Source: Chrysomallon squamiferum | Taxonomy: Eukaryota; Animalia; Mollusca | Reading direction: 5' to 3' | Length of the DNA stretch: 64,000 nucleotides | NCBI GenBank assembly: GCA_012295275.1 | Contig: CM022678.1 | Location: forward strand, 11,842,001-11,906,000 | Shown: piece after piece, positions 1-18,041 of the stretch | How the letters are laid out: every line of letters begins with the position of its first letter | How positions within the stretch are numbered: the first letter of the stretch is position 1 | Translations under genes and position numbers: made by a program | The notes under the pieces: model-generated | The model's database searches: none | Told to the model about the DNA's origin: nothing | The model's input: only the letters and a program-made list of their open reading frames with translations

Positions 1-1534
1 TTGTTTCAGAAAACTGAAAAATCTTTAAGATTTTCTTTTGGTTTGATTTGGTTATAACGAATCGAAGATTTTTGATTGAACGGAGAATGTGAAAAACTCG
101 TTTCGTTGTGTTTCTGTTCTTGTTGGCGGGCGGTGAAGAGTTTTGAATGAAGGCAGCAAAATCTTGGAAAATTCTTAGTTTTAACGCGACTGTCAAAAAC
201 CAGAGATTTTCTAATTCAGTAAAGAATTATTTTTTTTATTGCTACTAATACTGCTACTACTACTGTTACTACTACTACCAATCTTACTACTACTACTACC
301 ACTATTACTATTACTACTACTGCTACTACAACAACAACTACTACTACTATTGCTCTGCTGCTGCTTTTTCTACGATTAGCATTGTTGATGCGAATGGTTT
401 TTGACGAAAATTCGATGAATTACTGTTCAGTTGTTTCTTTATTTTTGGTGAAATAAAAACCCGTTTCTGACATTAGAAAACAGAAACATAACAAAAGAGT
501 TAACTTTTCCCTGTTATACTCTTCTTACTGCAGAAAGTTAATACATCACAGAATCATTGTGACAGTCCTGGTTCTGATTCATCTGCAAGGAATCAAACAT
601 ACTACGAGTCTGTAAAGGAAAGTTTCTTTATTGTTTTATTTTTCTTCTTTTGCGTGTGTTTGTTGCTTTTTTTTTTTTTTTTTTTTTTAAAAAAAATCGT
701 GGAACGGTTTTGACGAACTCATAAATAGTTTGTTAATCTGTAAAAAAAGCGTTCTAAGCGTTTTTGTTTGTAAGCACACATTCCCGGAATAAACCGCAAT
801 TCAAGATTGAAAAAAAAGTTTTAGAAAAAAATCGACAAAGAGATAAATTATTCTTAAAAAAAAGAAAAAAAAAAAAAAAAAAGAGAAAAAGTCAAAAACA
901 GAGATGAAAATGTGCTTTTATTTGGATAATTCGAAATAACTGGAACTGACGGAAACAGTTTATCTGATAACCGAACGATAATTTGTGGAAAAAACCTACA
1001 CGGAATGATTCAGAATTAAGAAGTGGCAACAAGAACTGCAGACTTTCATAAACGTTATAATCGCTGAATAGTGAGATAATAACAAAGTGTGAATTCACTT
1101 TAAAATATTCCACGCGAATCTGACGGTAAATAAAATTCTGGAAAGAAATTCACTCGTTTAAATGTTCAATGTTTGATGTTCGTGAATTATACAGTGAATT
1201 CGGAACGTTAACGTAAGAAATACGGATACGGAACTTTCTGATATAGAAAAGGGGAAAAGGAACTTTTAAATTTTTTAATATTTTTTTTATTATTATTTTT
1301 TTTGTTTTAATGAAAATTTAAAGAAAAAATTGCGAACAGAAAAGAAATACATTAAGATGAAGAATGAAAACTGATTAAAAGAAACTATTTCAGACGAAGA
1401 CTTCAGATGTGATGTCAGTTTCTACATGAGTGAAAGGTTTTCAGTATCACTGACACTGTTTTGGTGTTTTTAATTTATTTATTTATTTACAAATGGTCAG
1501 GGTCACATGACGTCAGACAAACGCGCTTTGCAGA

Positions 1535-2542
1535 ATGACTCGCAACAGCACCGACTACAACTACGTTCGACTGGAGAACCTCGACGGCGGCAACATCTTA
1601 ATCAGCTTCTTGAACGTGGTTCTCGTGTTTGTCATCATCGTTGGAAACATTCTGACTGTCACCGCCATCGCCAAGTTCAGACAACTCCAGTATCCTAGCA
1701 ACATAATGATAGCGTCACTTTCATTGGCTGATCTTTTGATGGGCGTAGCTTACACTCCAATTAAACTAATGCGTGCGCATGCACCAACCCTGTTAAACCG
1801 CAGACCAGTATGTTTAATGTTTATGTTCGTTTCACATTTCTGTTCTTTAAACGCCATTTTGTTTTTAGCAATTATGTCCATCGAAAGATTCTACGCAGTA
1901 CAGTTTCCTTTTCACTATCACGTGACTATGACAATCAGAAGCGCTATTGTGAACAACGTCATCGTTTTTCTGGTAACTGTTGCTGTGTGCGTTCCCACGG
2001 TGACGGGTACTGACCTGTGGTACAACGGAGTTCAGTGTTACGCGCCCACCTTGTACCCGGATGCGTACACGAAACTTCTCATAGTCGCCAGCTTCGGCTC
2101 CATGTTCATTGGATTCGTCTGTTTTCTGCGAGTAGCAGCAGTCGAGCTCAATTTCCGTCGACGTGCTCGTGACGTCAACAGAGCACGTGACCAGGATATG
2201 GAAATGTCGCACGACGCCACGGTGAATCTGCGCGCGGAAGATAACAACGAGATTGAAGTAAGGGGAAAGAACTCGACGAAGACTAAATTAGTACTGACCG
2301 CGTACACGTGCTCGCTCTGTCTTTGGACGCCTCACGTCATTGTGTACCTCTGGGACTCGGTCACAAAACAACATCAGAACCCTTACGTTTTTAGAGTTGT
2401 CACCCTTTTGGATCTCTCCAGTTCCGCTGTCAACTGTTTCCTCTACGGATGGAAAAACAGTCGATTCAGAGAGGCCTACTGGCGTCTGCTTGGTTTTAAC
2501 AGAACGCAGGTCCTGCCCTCCGTGCACTCAATTACTGCTTAG
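1535..2542 (+). CDS. Intronless class A (rhodopsin-like) GPCR, orphan/aminergic-like, 335 aa
   Basis: Single ORF with seven hydrophobic segments; N-terminal N-glycosylation sequon (NST), TM1 GN, TM2 SLSLADLL, TM3 SIERF (DRY-like), TM6 LWTP, TM7 NCFLYG (NPxxY-like), helix 8 FREA. Confidence 0.92.
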   Translation: MTRNSTDYNYVRLENLDGGNILISFLNVVLVFVIIVGNILTVTAIAKFRQLQYPSNIMIASLSLADLLMGVAYTPIKLMRAHAPTLLNRRPVCLMFMFVSHFCSLNAILFLAIMSIERFYAVQFPFHYHVTMTIRSAIVNNVIVFLVTVAVCVPTVTGTDLWYNGVQCYAPTLYPDAYTKLLIVASFGSMFIGFVCFLRVAAVELNFRRRARDVNRARDQDMEMSHDATVNLRAEDNNEIEVRGKNSTKTKLVLTAYTCSLCLWTPHVIVYLWDSVTKQHQNPYVFRVVTLLDLSSSAVNCFLYGWKNSRFREAYWRLLGFNRTQVLPSVHSITA

Positions 2543-2929
2543 TGACGTAATTATTACGTCATACGTGTATAATGGGCGTGATTTACTTGACTCGTGTGTC
2601 TTTGTATGCAGAAACGTGATGCTGAAAAGTTTCTGTCTGAGCTAAAACTTTTACTGTTAATGTGAAACACAGAGGCTGCTGTTTCGCCTTTTTCGTCATT
2701 TGTCAACTGAGAAAGTTTTAAAAACAGCCGTGATAGGACAGATAGAAGACGACAGATGTTTGATTAAACTGAGTATCTTTGAAACTGGATGATCTGTACT
2801 CACATTGCTAACAGCTGGATTTCAGATACTGATTAGATTCTAAATGAATGCTGCTTACACTTAACACGGTTATTTATATAATTATATTTGGACGGACGGA
2901 AAATGTCCATTCACAGATGTTATGAATTG

Positions 2930-3262
2930 AATGTATAATATACTGATGAATAACATACTGAATGTATAATACAATGAATAGCAAACTGTATGTGTTATAT
3001 ACTGATGTACAACTCAACTGAATGTATAATACACTGATGAATAATATACTGTATGTGTAATATACTGATGAATAATATACTGAATGTATAATATACTGAT
3101 CAATAACAAACTGAATATATAATATACTGATGTATAATATACTGTATGTGTAATATACTGATGAATAATATACTGAATGTATAATACACTGATGAATAAT
3201 ATACTGTATGTATAATATACTGATGTATAATATACTGTATGTGTAATATACTGATGTATAAC
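2930..3262. repeat. Minisatellite, ~31-bp AT-rich unit (tgtataatatactgatgaataatatactg[a/t]a)
   Basis: About 10 degenerate tandem copies downstream of the GPCR stop. Confidence 0.85.
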
Positions 3263-3477
3263 TCAAACACGGGTATAAATGTTTTTCTAAACTGGATGAG
3301 ATCATTCATAAGGATTTTTGGTTTATGACCGTTTTGGTGGGGTTTTTTTTAATGAAATTGTTTTATTGACATACTTTGTGAACTGACTGTTTCTTGTACT
3401 TCACATTTACGTTCCTCCATCTCTGAAGTCTGGACTGAAACTGTGTGTTCACATATAATTTGAACTGAAGCTTGTCA

Positions 3478-3860
3478 GTTCACATCCACTTTGGACTGAA
3501 CTAGAGTGTTCACATCCACTTTGGACTGAACTAGAGTGTTCACATCCACTTTGGACTGAACTAGAGTGTTCACATCCACTTTGGACTGAACTAGAGTGTT
3601 CACATACACTTTGAATTGAACTAGAGTGTTCACATCCACTTTGGACTGAACTAGAGTGTTCACATCCACTTTGGACTGAACTAGAGTGTTCACATCCACT
3701 TTGGACTGAACTAGAGTGTTCACATCCACTTTTGATTGAACTACATGTTCATTTGGACTGAACGTGTGTGTTCACACATTCTAAACTGAAACTGTGTGTT
3801 TACACATTCTGAACTGAAACTGTGTGTTCACACATTTTGAAATGAAACTGTGTGTTCACA
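3478..3860. repeat. Minisatellite, 30-bp unit gttcacatccactttggactgaactagagt (~9 copies), followed by degenerate ~26-bp relatives
   Basis: Near-identical tandem copies read directly; source of spurious ORF 3475-3729. Confidence 0.95.
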
Positions 3861-4742
3861 TACATTCTTATCTTAGAATTCATGTTTTTCAGGGGTTACA
3901 AAACCTGTAAGCGCATTCCATGAAGGTACAAATGTGTGATTTCGTGTGTTTTCAACTGAAATGTAATATTTATATTTGTCTCACGTTTTTGGTTTCAAAA
4001 TGTGTAAACAAAATTTTCGACTGAAACTATTTATTCCTTGGGGGATGGGGATGTAATTAAAATATAAAATGAAATATTTAGTGATCTCAGTCATGAAACT
4101 TTACATACTATCTGAACATTAAAAAAAAAGAGAAAAAGAAAGTTATGATTCAAAACCATTTCATTCTGAAATCAGGTATTTTACATATTTTATAAACGCG
4201 CACACACATTTTGTTATTAAGCAGCAAGTACATAATTATGTCTGTGTATGTTTGCGTGTATTTTTCTATACGTACATATATGTGTGTATATATATGTATC
4301 TGTGAATGTATATATGTATATGTGTATGTGTGTATCGGTGTGACTGTGTTTATTGTGAACCAAAATCAAGTAATATTTTACATTAATTTCAAATATAATT
4401 TATACTGAAAACTATTTGAATAAAAAATGTTTATTTGCAAGTCACAGAATTTCAATTCATTTCTCCATTATTTTTTACTGAGCGACTTTGCATATTCAAA
4501 TAACTCTTGGATTTGAGTTCCAGGTTTTCATATTTCGTGTTTTGAAAAATGTAGCTGGACTAAAGAATGTATATAACATAACTGGATATAAATATATATT
4601 TAAATCTTCTATCTACTTAAACTGTGAACTTAAATGGAAATATCTTAATTAACAGACTTCTGCTTTGATTTACGTTTTGGTAAATGGTATTACTTTTTAT
4701 TTCCTTCCGTTTGATTTTTTCTATCTGTTTTCTTTTTCTTAA

Positions 4743-4833
<91 letters not shown>

Positions 4834-6562
4834 ATTGGATAAATACTGTTGCTAAAGATGTTAAACAAAGATGATACTTGTAATTTATTAGTGTGAGTGT
4901 AATACTGGTAGTGGAAACGTTAATATAGTAGATGTGGTGGAAGTAGTGGTATGACATCGGTTGTTGTAGTAAAAATACAAGTAGTACTATTGTTTTGTTA
5001 CTAGAATAATACATTTTTTAAAACAGATTTATTCTTTAAAAGAAACAGCTGATGCATTCCAACCCAGTCAATGAATAGATAAGAAAATATATGTTGTACA
5101 TGACTATGTATTAAATAAATAAATAAATATTTGTTGTACTGTTCTTTTTCTTTTTCTTGAACTTTATTATATTATTAGCATCAACATCAACATTATTATA
5201 ATTACCACTATATTCTTCTTCTTAATATTATTATTATTACAGGAATGAAAACCAAATTCTAATTTTGATTTTATAGATTTTCTGCTATCTCTTAGTTTTT
5301 GTTTTAAGCTTATATTAATCAGTGGTGAAACCGGAAATAGAAATCATTTATTCGAGGAAATAAATATGTAAATATTTGTTCTATTTTAAAATTTAGTACA
5401 AAGCTATTAGATTAGTCTCTAATATCGGGTGTAAATGTAATCTCGTAAAAACTAATGTTCATAAAAGAGAACTTAAACACACCATTTCATAACTTCAGCT
5501 AAGTGAGACTTTTAGAACGGTAATGATAAATAATATAATAATATAATTATATATGATGTATTACCGTTGCATGCTCGTTTTCGTTTTACTTCGGTGAGAA
5601 GTGTAATAATATCAGTTGTAGTAGTTTTTTCTTTCTTTCTTTTTTTGGTGGCAAATATTGAATTCCAAATTATCAGCCAATAGAGAAAGAAAATGTGGAG
5701 ATACACTTTTATTTTTGTAATTAGTATTAATTGTAAATATCGTCTCAAGATGATGGTAATCCGATACAAGTTACCTCCCTTCGACTACTGATTTAATTGT
5801 TAACAAACTAGACTAGATCAAGTATATATTGTAAAAAGAATACTGAATATTATAAGCATTAAAAAAAATATATATAAAAAAAGTGAAAAATGAATTAAAA
5901 TTTAATGTCTGAAATCATTGTTTTCAAGAGTAATGTGTCTAAATGAGTGACTTCAATTCAGGTTTGAAATACTATTACAGTAAGAATAATTAAATACACA
6001 AAACAAGAGCAAAAAACAATAATAAAAAAATTCATTGTTTGTGGTAATGTGCATATAAATTATCTTAAAAACTCAGATTGTACTCAGTGACAGTTCATGA
6101 GTGTCATTATCACAAAATTCAAATAGAACACAAGTTAAGAATTTTGAAATACACTTATGAAGTTGATTAAATTATTCGTATTTGTCAATACTGGTCAGAA
6201 CTGTTAATTACCATGAGTTATTATAAAGAAAACAGATATCTGATGTTATAATTTAAAGAACAGAATCACTCACTGGTAATGATAGTTAGAGAATTGATCT
6301 ATAGTGATTTCTGAAAGAAGAGAATATTAAAGCTTTACACACACACACACACACACATACACACACGTGTGTTTGTGTGTGTAATTCCCTTCAACTTTTA
6401 GAAAAATGTAAAACTGTTTGCAAACTTTATATTATTACAAGAATTTGTTTTCTTAGATTAAAATAAACTAACACACCTGTTGCTGCTTCTTCTGATCGTT
6501 GTTGTATTTGCTGTTATTGTATTTTATAGCAGTAAGTTTGATAGTCGGTGCGGCTGCGTGAC

Positions 6563-11321
<4,759 letters not shown>

Positions 11322-11461
11322 AGTGACAGACTAAACATACTCCAGTACTTCTACGTTTTACATGTTTCTCTCTGCCCAATCTTTATTGATAACAAAGTCA
11401 AACAACACAGTTAAAATCTCTGTGATGACAAACAGACTGATTCTTCCAGGGCTGGGGACAA

Positions 11462-11838
11462 AGAACTGCAGTGACATCACAGCAGTTATTATAAGTGTCT
11501 AAAATAGCATTGTTCAGATAGAACTGTAGTGACATCACAACAGTCATTATAAGTGTATAAAATAGCATTGTTCAGATAGAACTGTAGTGACATCACAACA
11601 GTCATTATAAGTGTATAAAATAGCATTCCAGGGAACTGTAGGACAAAGAACTATAAGCATAAAATAGCATTGACATCATCACAACAGTCATTATAAGTGT
11701 CTAAAATAGAATTGTTCAGATAGAACTGTAGTGACATCACAACAGTCATTATAAGTGTATAAAATAGCATTGTTCAGATAGAACTGTAGTGACATCACAA
11801 CAGTCATTATAAGTGTATAAAATAGCATTGTTCAGATC
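11462..11838. repeat. Minisatellite, 58-bp unit, ~6 copies, in the probable NSMCE2 3' UTR
   Basis: agaactgtagtgacatcacaacagtcattataagtgtataaaatagcattgttcagat repeated; one scrambled copy near 11630-11680. Confidence 0.93.
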
Positions 11839-12333
11839 AGCTGTTTTATAAATGAATTATTTTATTATCATACTTTGTTATAAGTAAAATAATAATTTGA
11901 AAATATAAAGTATTTTTGTAGACTGTTTGTTTATATCACAACATATACCCTTTAATTAATGTATTATAAATAAGATTTATTTCAAGTTATAAATTTTACT
12001 TGTTTATTATCTGTGATAGGTCAACCAAAACAATGAAATAATGTGGAAGTATAAAGAATTAGACTGGACCATCCAAAATAACACTTCTTCAGTTCATGTT
12101 ACTTAAAAAATTAAATGTTTTCACCTTGCGCAAATTATTTTTCAACTTGTTACATCTTTTACTGAAATGTTTTGTTATTTTTTTAAATATTTTTGTCTAT
12201 TAATGAAATTCACACATCATTTTATTGGAACTTCACAACATTTTTGTGATCATGTCTCACTCCAGCCATTTAAATATTGTGATGTCACAATCACAATCCA
12301 CCAGTGCTGTAGAGTGGCATCAGTTTGTTAGAT

Positions 12334-13041
12334 TAGAACACATTTACAGCTTGTACTAGAACACATTTACAGCTTGTACTAGAACACATCTACAGCTTGT
12401 ACTAGAACACATCTACAGCTTGTACTAGAAAACATCTACAGCTTGTACTAGAACACATTTACAGCTTGTACTAGAACACATCTACAGCTTGTACTAGAAC
12501 ACATCTACAGCTTGTACTAGAACACATCTACAGCTTGTACTAGAACACATTTACAGCTTGTACTAGAACACATCTACAGCTTGTACTAGAACACATCTAC
12601 AGCTTGTACTAGAACACATTTACAGCTTGTACTAGAACACATCTACAGCTTGTATTAGAACACATTTACAGCTTGTACTAGAACACATCTACAGCTTGTA
12701 TTAGAACACATCTACAGCTTGTACTAGAACACATCTACAGCTTGTATTAGAACACATCTACAGCTTGTACTAGAACACATCTACAGCTTGTACTAGAACA
12801 CATTTACAGCTTGTACTAGAACACATCTACAGCTTGTATTAGAACACATCTACAGCTTGTACTAGAACACATCTACAGCTTGTACTAGAACACATCTACA
12901 GCTTGTACTAGAACACATCTACAGCTTGTATTAGAACACATCTACAGCTTGTACTAGAACACATCTACAGCTTGTACTAGAACACATTTACAGCTTGTAC
13001 TAGAACACATTTACAGCTTGTACTAGAACACATCTACAGCT
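12334..13041. repeat. Minisatellite, 23-bp unit tagaacacat[c/t]tacagcttgta[c/t], ~31 copies
   Basis: Direct tandem repetition. Confidence 0.97.
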
Positions 13042-13264
13042 TTTAAACAGAAACATTTTCTCAAGCATCAGCATTAATGGTATGCTCAGTGTTGGTAAAC
13101 ACTTGTATAGGCTAATAAAATACTGTAAAAACATTGGTTTTCAAAATTAAACAGACATTAAAATAATAGTTTTTGCAGAGTTCTCAAATGAAATGTTTGT
13201 ATAATTTATTTATCTGCAGCCTCAGTCCTGTTTGTTCACATTATATTTAATATGTTATAGAAGG

Positions 13265-13295
<31 letters not shown>

Positions 13296-13909
13296 GTAAA
13301 TAAAAATATCAATCCTGAGAGAAAAAAATGTAAAGTACTAAAAAAAAGAAGTATATTATTAATTCTCATTGTTGTTTCCTTGTTTAAACAACAACAACAA
13401 AAATGTGTATTTTCACTGGTTTATACTACAGGGGTTGTAGGACAGCACTACTAGTAGGTCAGTTAGGGGTTGGGGGGGTGTATTACTGACCTTCAGGGGT
13501 CACAGTTTTATACAAATTATTGTTTTAAGATAAAACAATAAAAGGAAAATATGCTGGCAATGGTTCATTGTTGATAACAGTCCACTGTTAGTTCACTGTT
13601 AGTCCACTGTGCAGTTTGTACTGGTGCTGTTGATTTATTCTTTCAATTTAAAATAATATTTTTCTGGGGTTTTTTAATTTGTTCTAAACTTGTTTTTTTT
13701 TTTTTTTTAAATTTGACTGAAAGCTGGCTTTTTATTCTTTAGCTAACTTTTATTTGTCAAACTTTAAATTTCTGTAATCAGCAGAAAGTTTCTAAATGCA
13801 TTCTAAACGTCTACTTCCAGAAACAGATGAGAAAAAGTCAAGAGTTAAGATAATTTTGTAAACAGTCTGTTTAAACTGATTTTCACAATTACCTTTAAAT
13901 TTAGAAGAA

Positions 13910-13950
<41 letters not shown>

Positions 13951-14911
13951 TAATTTTAAAAATTAAATTAAAAAAGAATCAATTTATGTAAATACACACT
14001 TAATTTATTTATGGTATACACATACATGCAAGAAGCATCTACATTAATAATATTAATTTTATTTTGTTTTTCATTTAATCAGTAAACTGAGTGTGTCAGT
14101 TTAATGTTGTAAACATGGAAAACGAGTTAATAAAGCAGCAATTACCACATGGGTTATTATTTTATGATGAACACAAAAGGAACTGTTTTATACTTCATCT
14201 GGTGATGGAACTTTGAGTAGGGTTATCAGTTGTCTTTGAAATTCAAGATTACTGAAAACTTTGGGAATTTGGCAGTTGGTTGTGAAAAACTGAAAGAGGG
14301 AGATTCAGTGAAATTCTGTACAGATTTTCTTTATGCAGATTTTCTTTATGCATAAATTCATTTTTAAGCGGTTTATGTATAAATGATGCATTTTTCAAAT
14401 TGATGCAATAATAATAATAACAAAAAACAACAACAACTCAAAAACCAAAACCCCCAGTAATAACAAACTAATAAAAAACAACAATAAGAAGAAAAATGAA
14501 AAAATAAAAACAGGTAAATGTAAGTAATAATAATTTACAATGATATTAGTAGTAATAACAACGTTAATATAGCATTAGTAGTAATAAAAATATACAAACA
14601 AATAATGATTATGATTACTACCACTACTACCACTACTACCACTACTACCACTACTGCTGCAGCTGCTATTATTAGCACTACAAGGAGGTTGGTCCACTGA
14701 TGTTGACTGCTTTGAATCATCTTGTAGAAACAAACAAACACATAATAATGGCGTGACGTAATGTAGCGGTACAACGTCATTGGCTCTGCTAAATATAGCA
14801 GTGGTCGAAAACGAGGCCATGAGTTTGTCGTCTGGGAAAAATCATTAACTCTTCCGACTGGACTCTGCTACAAAAATACCGCTACAATAACTAACAACAA
14901 CAACAACAGCC

Positions 14912-14976
<65 letters not shown>

Positions 14977-15180
14977 TAAATAAATAAATAAATAAATAAA
15001 CGAAAAGCTGTAAAAAATGGTTTCAGAATTATGATCAGAGAAGTTGTAGTTGCGATTTATATTTTAAAATGTCAGCGAAGCCTACTATTATAATGATAAC
15101 TAATTTAATTTTATGAAAAAACAATAGTAAACACCCGACAAACATTACGTTCTTGAATTTGTCGATAATAATAATAATAA

Positions 15181-15211
<31 letters not shown>

Positions 15212-15633
15212 AAGAAGAAGAAAAAAAAGAAAAGAAACGAAGAAAAACAGACATACTAAAAGGACACTAATTAATATTTTCATTATCATAAATTATCCAC
15301 GTTAGCACTGTCTATCTGCTTAATTTGAAATTAACTTAAATTGACACATCACTGCCTCACCCACCCACCCACCCACACCCACACCAGTTTACACCTCAAT
15401 AACCGTACGCCTTCGCTAGATGTAATGACGAGATTAATTTCTCTATTTTCGGATTCTGACAGAAATATAGCTTTTTTTCTTCTTTTTTAAATTATTTTTT
15501 GGACTACATATATATTTACTTTGATAAATTGCATGTTTTATATACTTTGAAAATGGTTTTCATTTTAGTAATAAGATTAAATTGTTGTTTTTAGAACTGT
15601 ATTGTTTCGATTTGACGTTTTGTGTTTTTGTAG

Positions 15634-15678
15634 GCGACAGTAAAATCAATACCCGTGAATTTACTACTATCGAGACCG
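15634..15678 (+). other. Candidate isolated 45-nt exon upstream of the IRS start codon
   Basis: Pyrimidine tract + tag acceptor (tgtgtttttgtag) and consensus donor CCG|gtgagt flank a GC-richer 45-nt segment. Confidence 0.45.
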
Positions 15679-15865
15679 GTGAGTTGAATAATAAAACAGT
15701 TTTATTTTATTCTATATTTGTTGTTGTTGTTTAAATTCAATTTTTTATTATTTACAATTGCAAGATAAAAGAAACAGCTGGTTACAACAGAACAAATGTA
15801 AACACGCACACACACAGTTTCTGTATTTGTAGCATATATAATCACTTATTGCTGCTGTTGCTGAA

Positions 15866-16150
15866 AGCAGCAGTTGAAGAATAACTAATTATTTATAAAC
15901 AACAACAAAACTAGTATAACTGATAGCAGCAGTTGAAGAATAACTAATTATTTATAAACAACAACAAAACTAGTATAACTGATAGCAGCAGTTGAAGAAT
16001 AACTAATTATTTATAAACAACAACAAAACTAGTATAACTGATAGCAGCAGTAGTAATGGGGTGATGGTGGTATTAGTAGTAATAGCTGCAGTTACAGTAG
16101 TAATGGGGTGATGGTGATATTAGTAGTAATAGCTGCAGTTACAGTAGTAA
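15866..16150. repeat. Two adjacent short tandem duplications (59 bp x3, then ~47 bp x2)
   Basis: agcagcagttgaagaataactaatt... three times; cagtagtaatggggtgatggtg... twice. Confidence 0.9.
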
Positions 16151-17211
16151 ACACATCATTCAATCACTTGCAGCATGAAATATAACTTCGCGTAATTTCC
16201 GTCATGCAGCTGCTACCCACGTCCTTTATTTATTCACCTCCACAAAACCGCGGGAACCCCACCTTTAAAAGTCACACACACACTAAAATCTTTTATTCTT
16301 CTCGCGATATAAATATATATTTTTGCAGACGATATTTTACGGTCTATTAACTTTTACTCGCACGTGTTACGTCTGAGTTCATACGCACTCGAGCACAATG
16401 AATGCGGTTATTGTACAGTAAAGTATCGAAATGATGCGCGTCCTGCATAATCCAAAAATTCTTTCTTTAAAATTAAATTAATGCTATTTCGATCGTGTTT
16501 GTATTTCATTGTCGCAAAATCAGCTTAAACATTAATTATTCCAAATGCACTAATGTGTAAAATACATAAGCGAATGCACACACACAAACACACATGTTTG
16601 TTATAGAATATACTGGCGTATTGACATACACATAACATTCATTCATAAAAATAACGCGCACCAAATACACCCACATACAGGCCGTCACAGCCGTGTTTCT
16701 GCAATGCAGTGACCCAGCTGACCTTTCACGACGCATGCGTACAGGTTGTTTACAAGAAAAACCGTCCATGTGATCACGATGGCGGAGATTCGTCTGGATG
16801 TGTCCTTGAACGCGTGTTTTTTTCTGATGATGTTGCTGTTGTTTGATATTCGACAACCTGTGTTTGTCGTCGTTACCGAAGCAGGATTCGGGCAATTGGC
16901 TTCGCATTTAGTAAGATGAGACGCATTTGTTTATGGTACAAATTAGAAATCTTGCGGTGATATAAAATGGAGCCTGCGAGAATAATATTTTGTACCAACT
17001 GCCCCGAAACGAGAGGTTATTGACCGATTTAATATCCATCATATTCAGATCTTGTGTTAAAACAATGGGTGAATACGCCGGGGTGCTTGTAATACGATGC
17101 GGTTTTGACAACGATTAAAATATTCCCCAGGAAAGGGTAGATAAGCGTATTTATTTTTATTTTTATTTTTTGTTTCTCTTCTGTCCATCGGATTTTCGAA
17201 CGATCGTCAAC

Positions 17212-17988
17212 ATGTCTTCTAGGATTGACGCAACTAGAGAGTCGGTATTCGAAATGCCTGGATCCGACATCAAGAAAATGGGAATCCTGCGAAAATTAAA
17301 GGTATAGTAAAGCTAGTTTTTGTCATAGATGTTAATTATTTACGTGTACAATAGCTTAGCCGCAGTTAGCGTTTTACAGTCGATACCAGCAAACATCGGG
17401 TAGCAACGTGTCAAAGAAACTGTAATCCGACTTACGTAAATTACGTGATGTTCGCAACACTTTTATTTAAAAGATGCATTTTAAATATTAAAATGAACAA
17501 CTAATAATTTATTATTAGTACTGTTATTGTTATTCTGCATGTTTTTATTCTCTATGACTATGAGTGTATCTCTTTCTTTCACTATATAACTGAGTAGTAA
17601 AACTAGTATTATTCATGATTCCAAAGTGTTTAATAATAGTTAACATTACATTTTGATTATATATATAATCAGTTTTTATTTCAGTCAACTGGTAAATAAA
17701 CAGTAAACAAAAAACAAAAAAAATTAACGTTATCTATGAATGACATCTCTCGATGTAATTTGTAATTTGAGTTGTTGTGTTTTGTCACATATTTAGATAT
17801 TTGATATGTAAGTCGTAAAACAGGGCAGGCAATATTCTTTTATATTTATTTATTTATTTATTTTTTTTTTTATTTTTACTTATTTATTTATTTGATTATT
17901 TTTTTTTTTTTTTAATTTATTTTTTAGGTTTTTTAATTTTTGTTAATTATATTTATTTAATTATTTTATTTAAATTTTTAAATTATAT

Positions 17989-18041
<53 letters not shown>

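Noticed and set aside
16536-17111. Minus-strand ORFs (123 and 67 aa) divergent from IRS
   Set aside because: No recognisable domain or splice structure; likely antisense of the IRS leader/promoter.
17690-17712. FoxO sites (GTAAACA/GTAAATA) in IRS intron 1 suggesting feedback regulation
   Set aside because: Such heptamers are frequent by chance in this AT-rich sequence; no support without conservation data.
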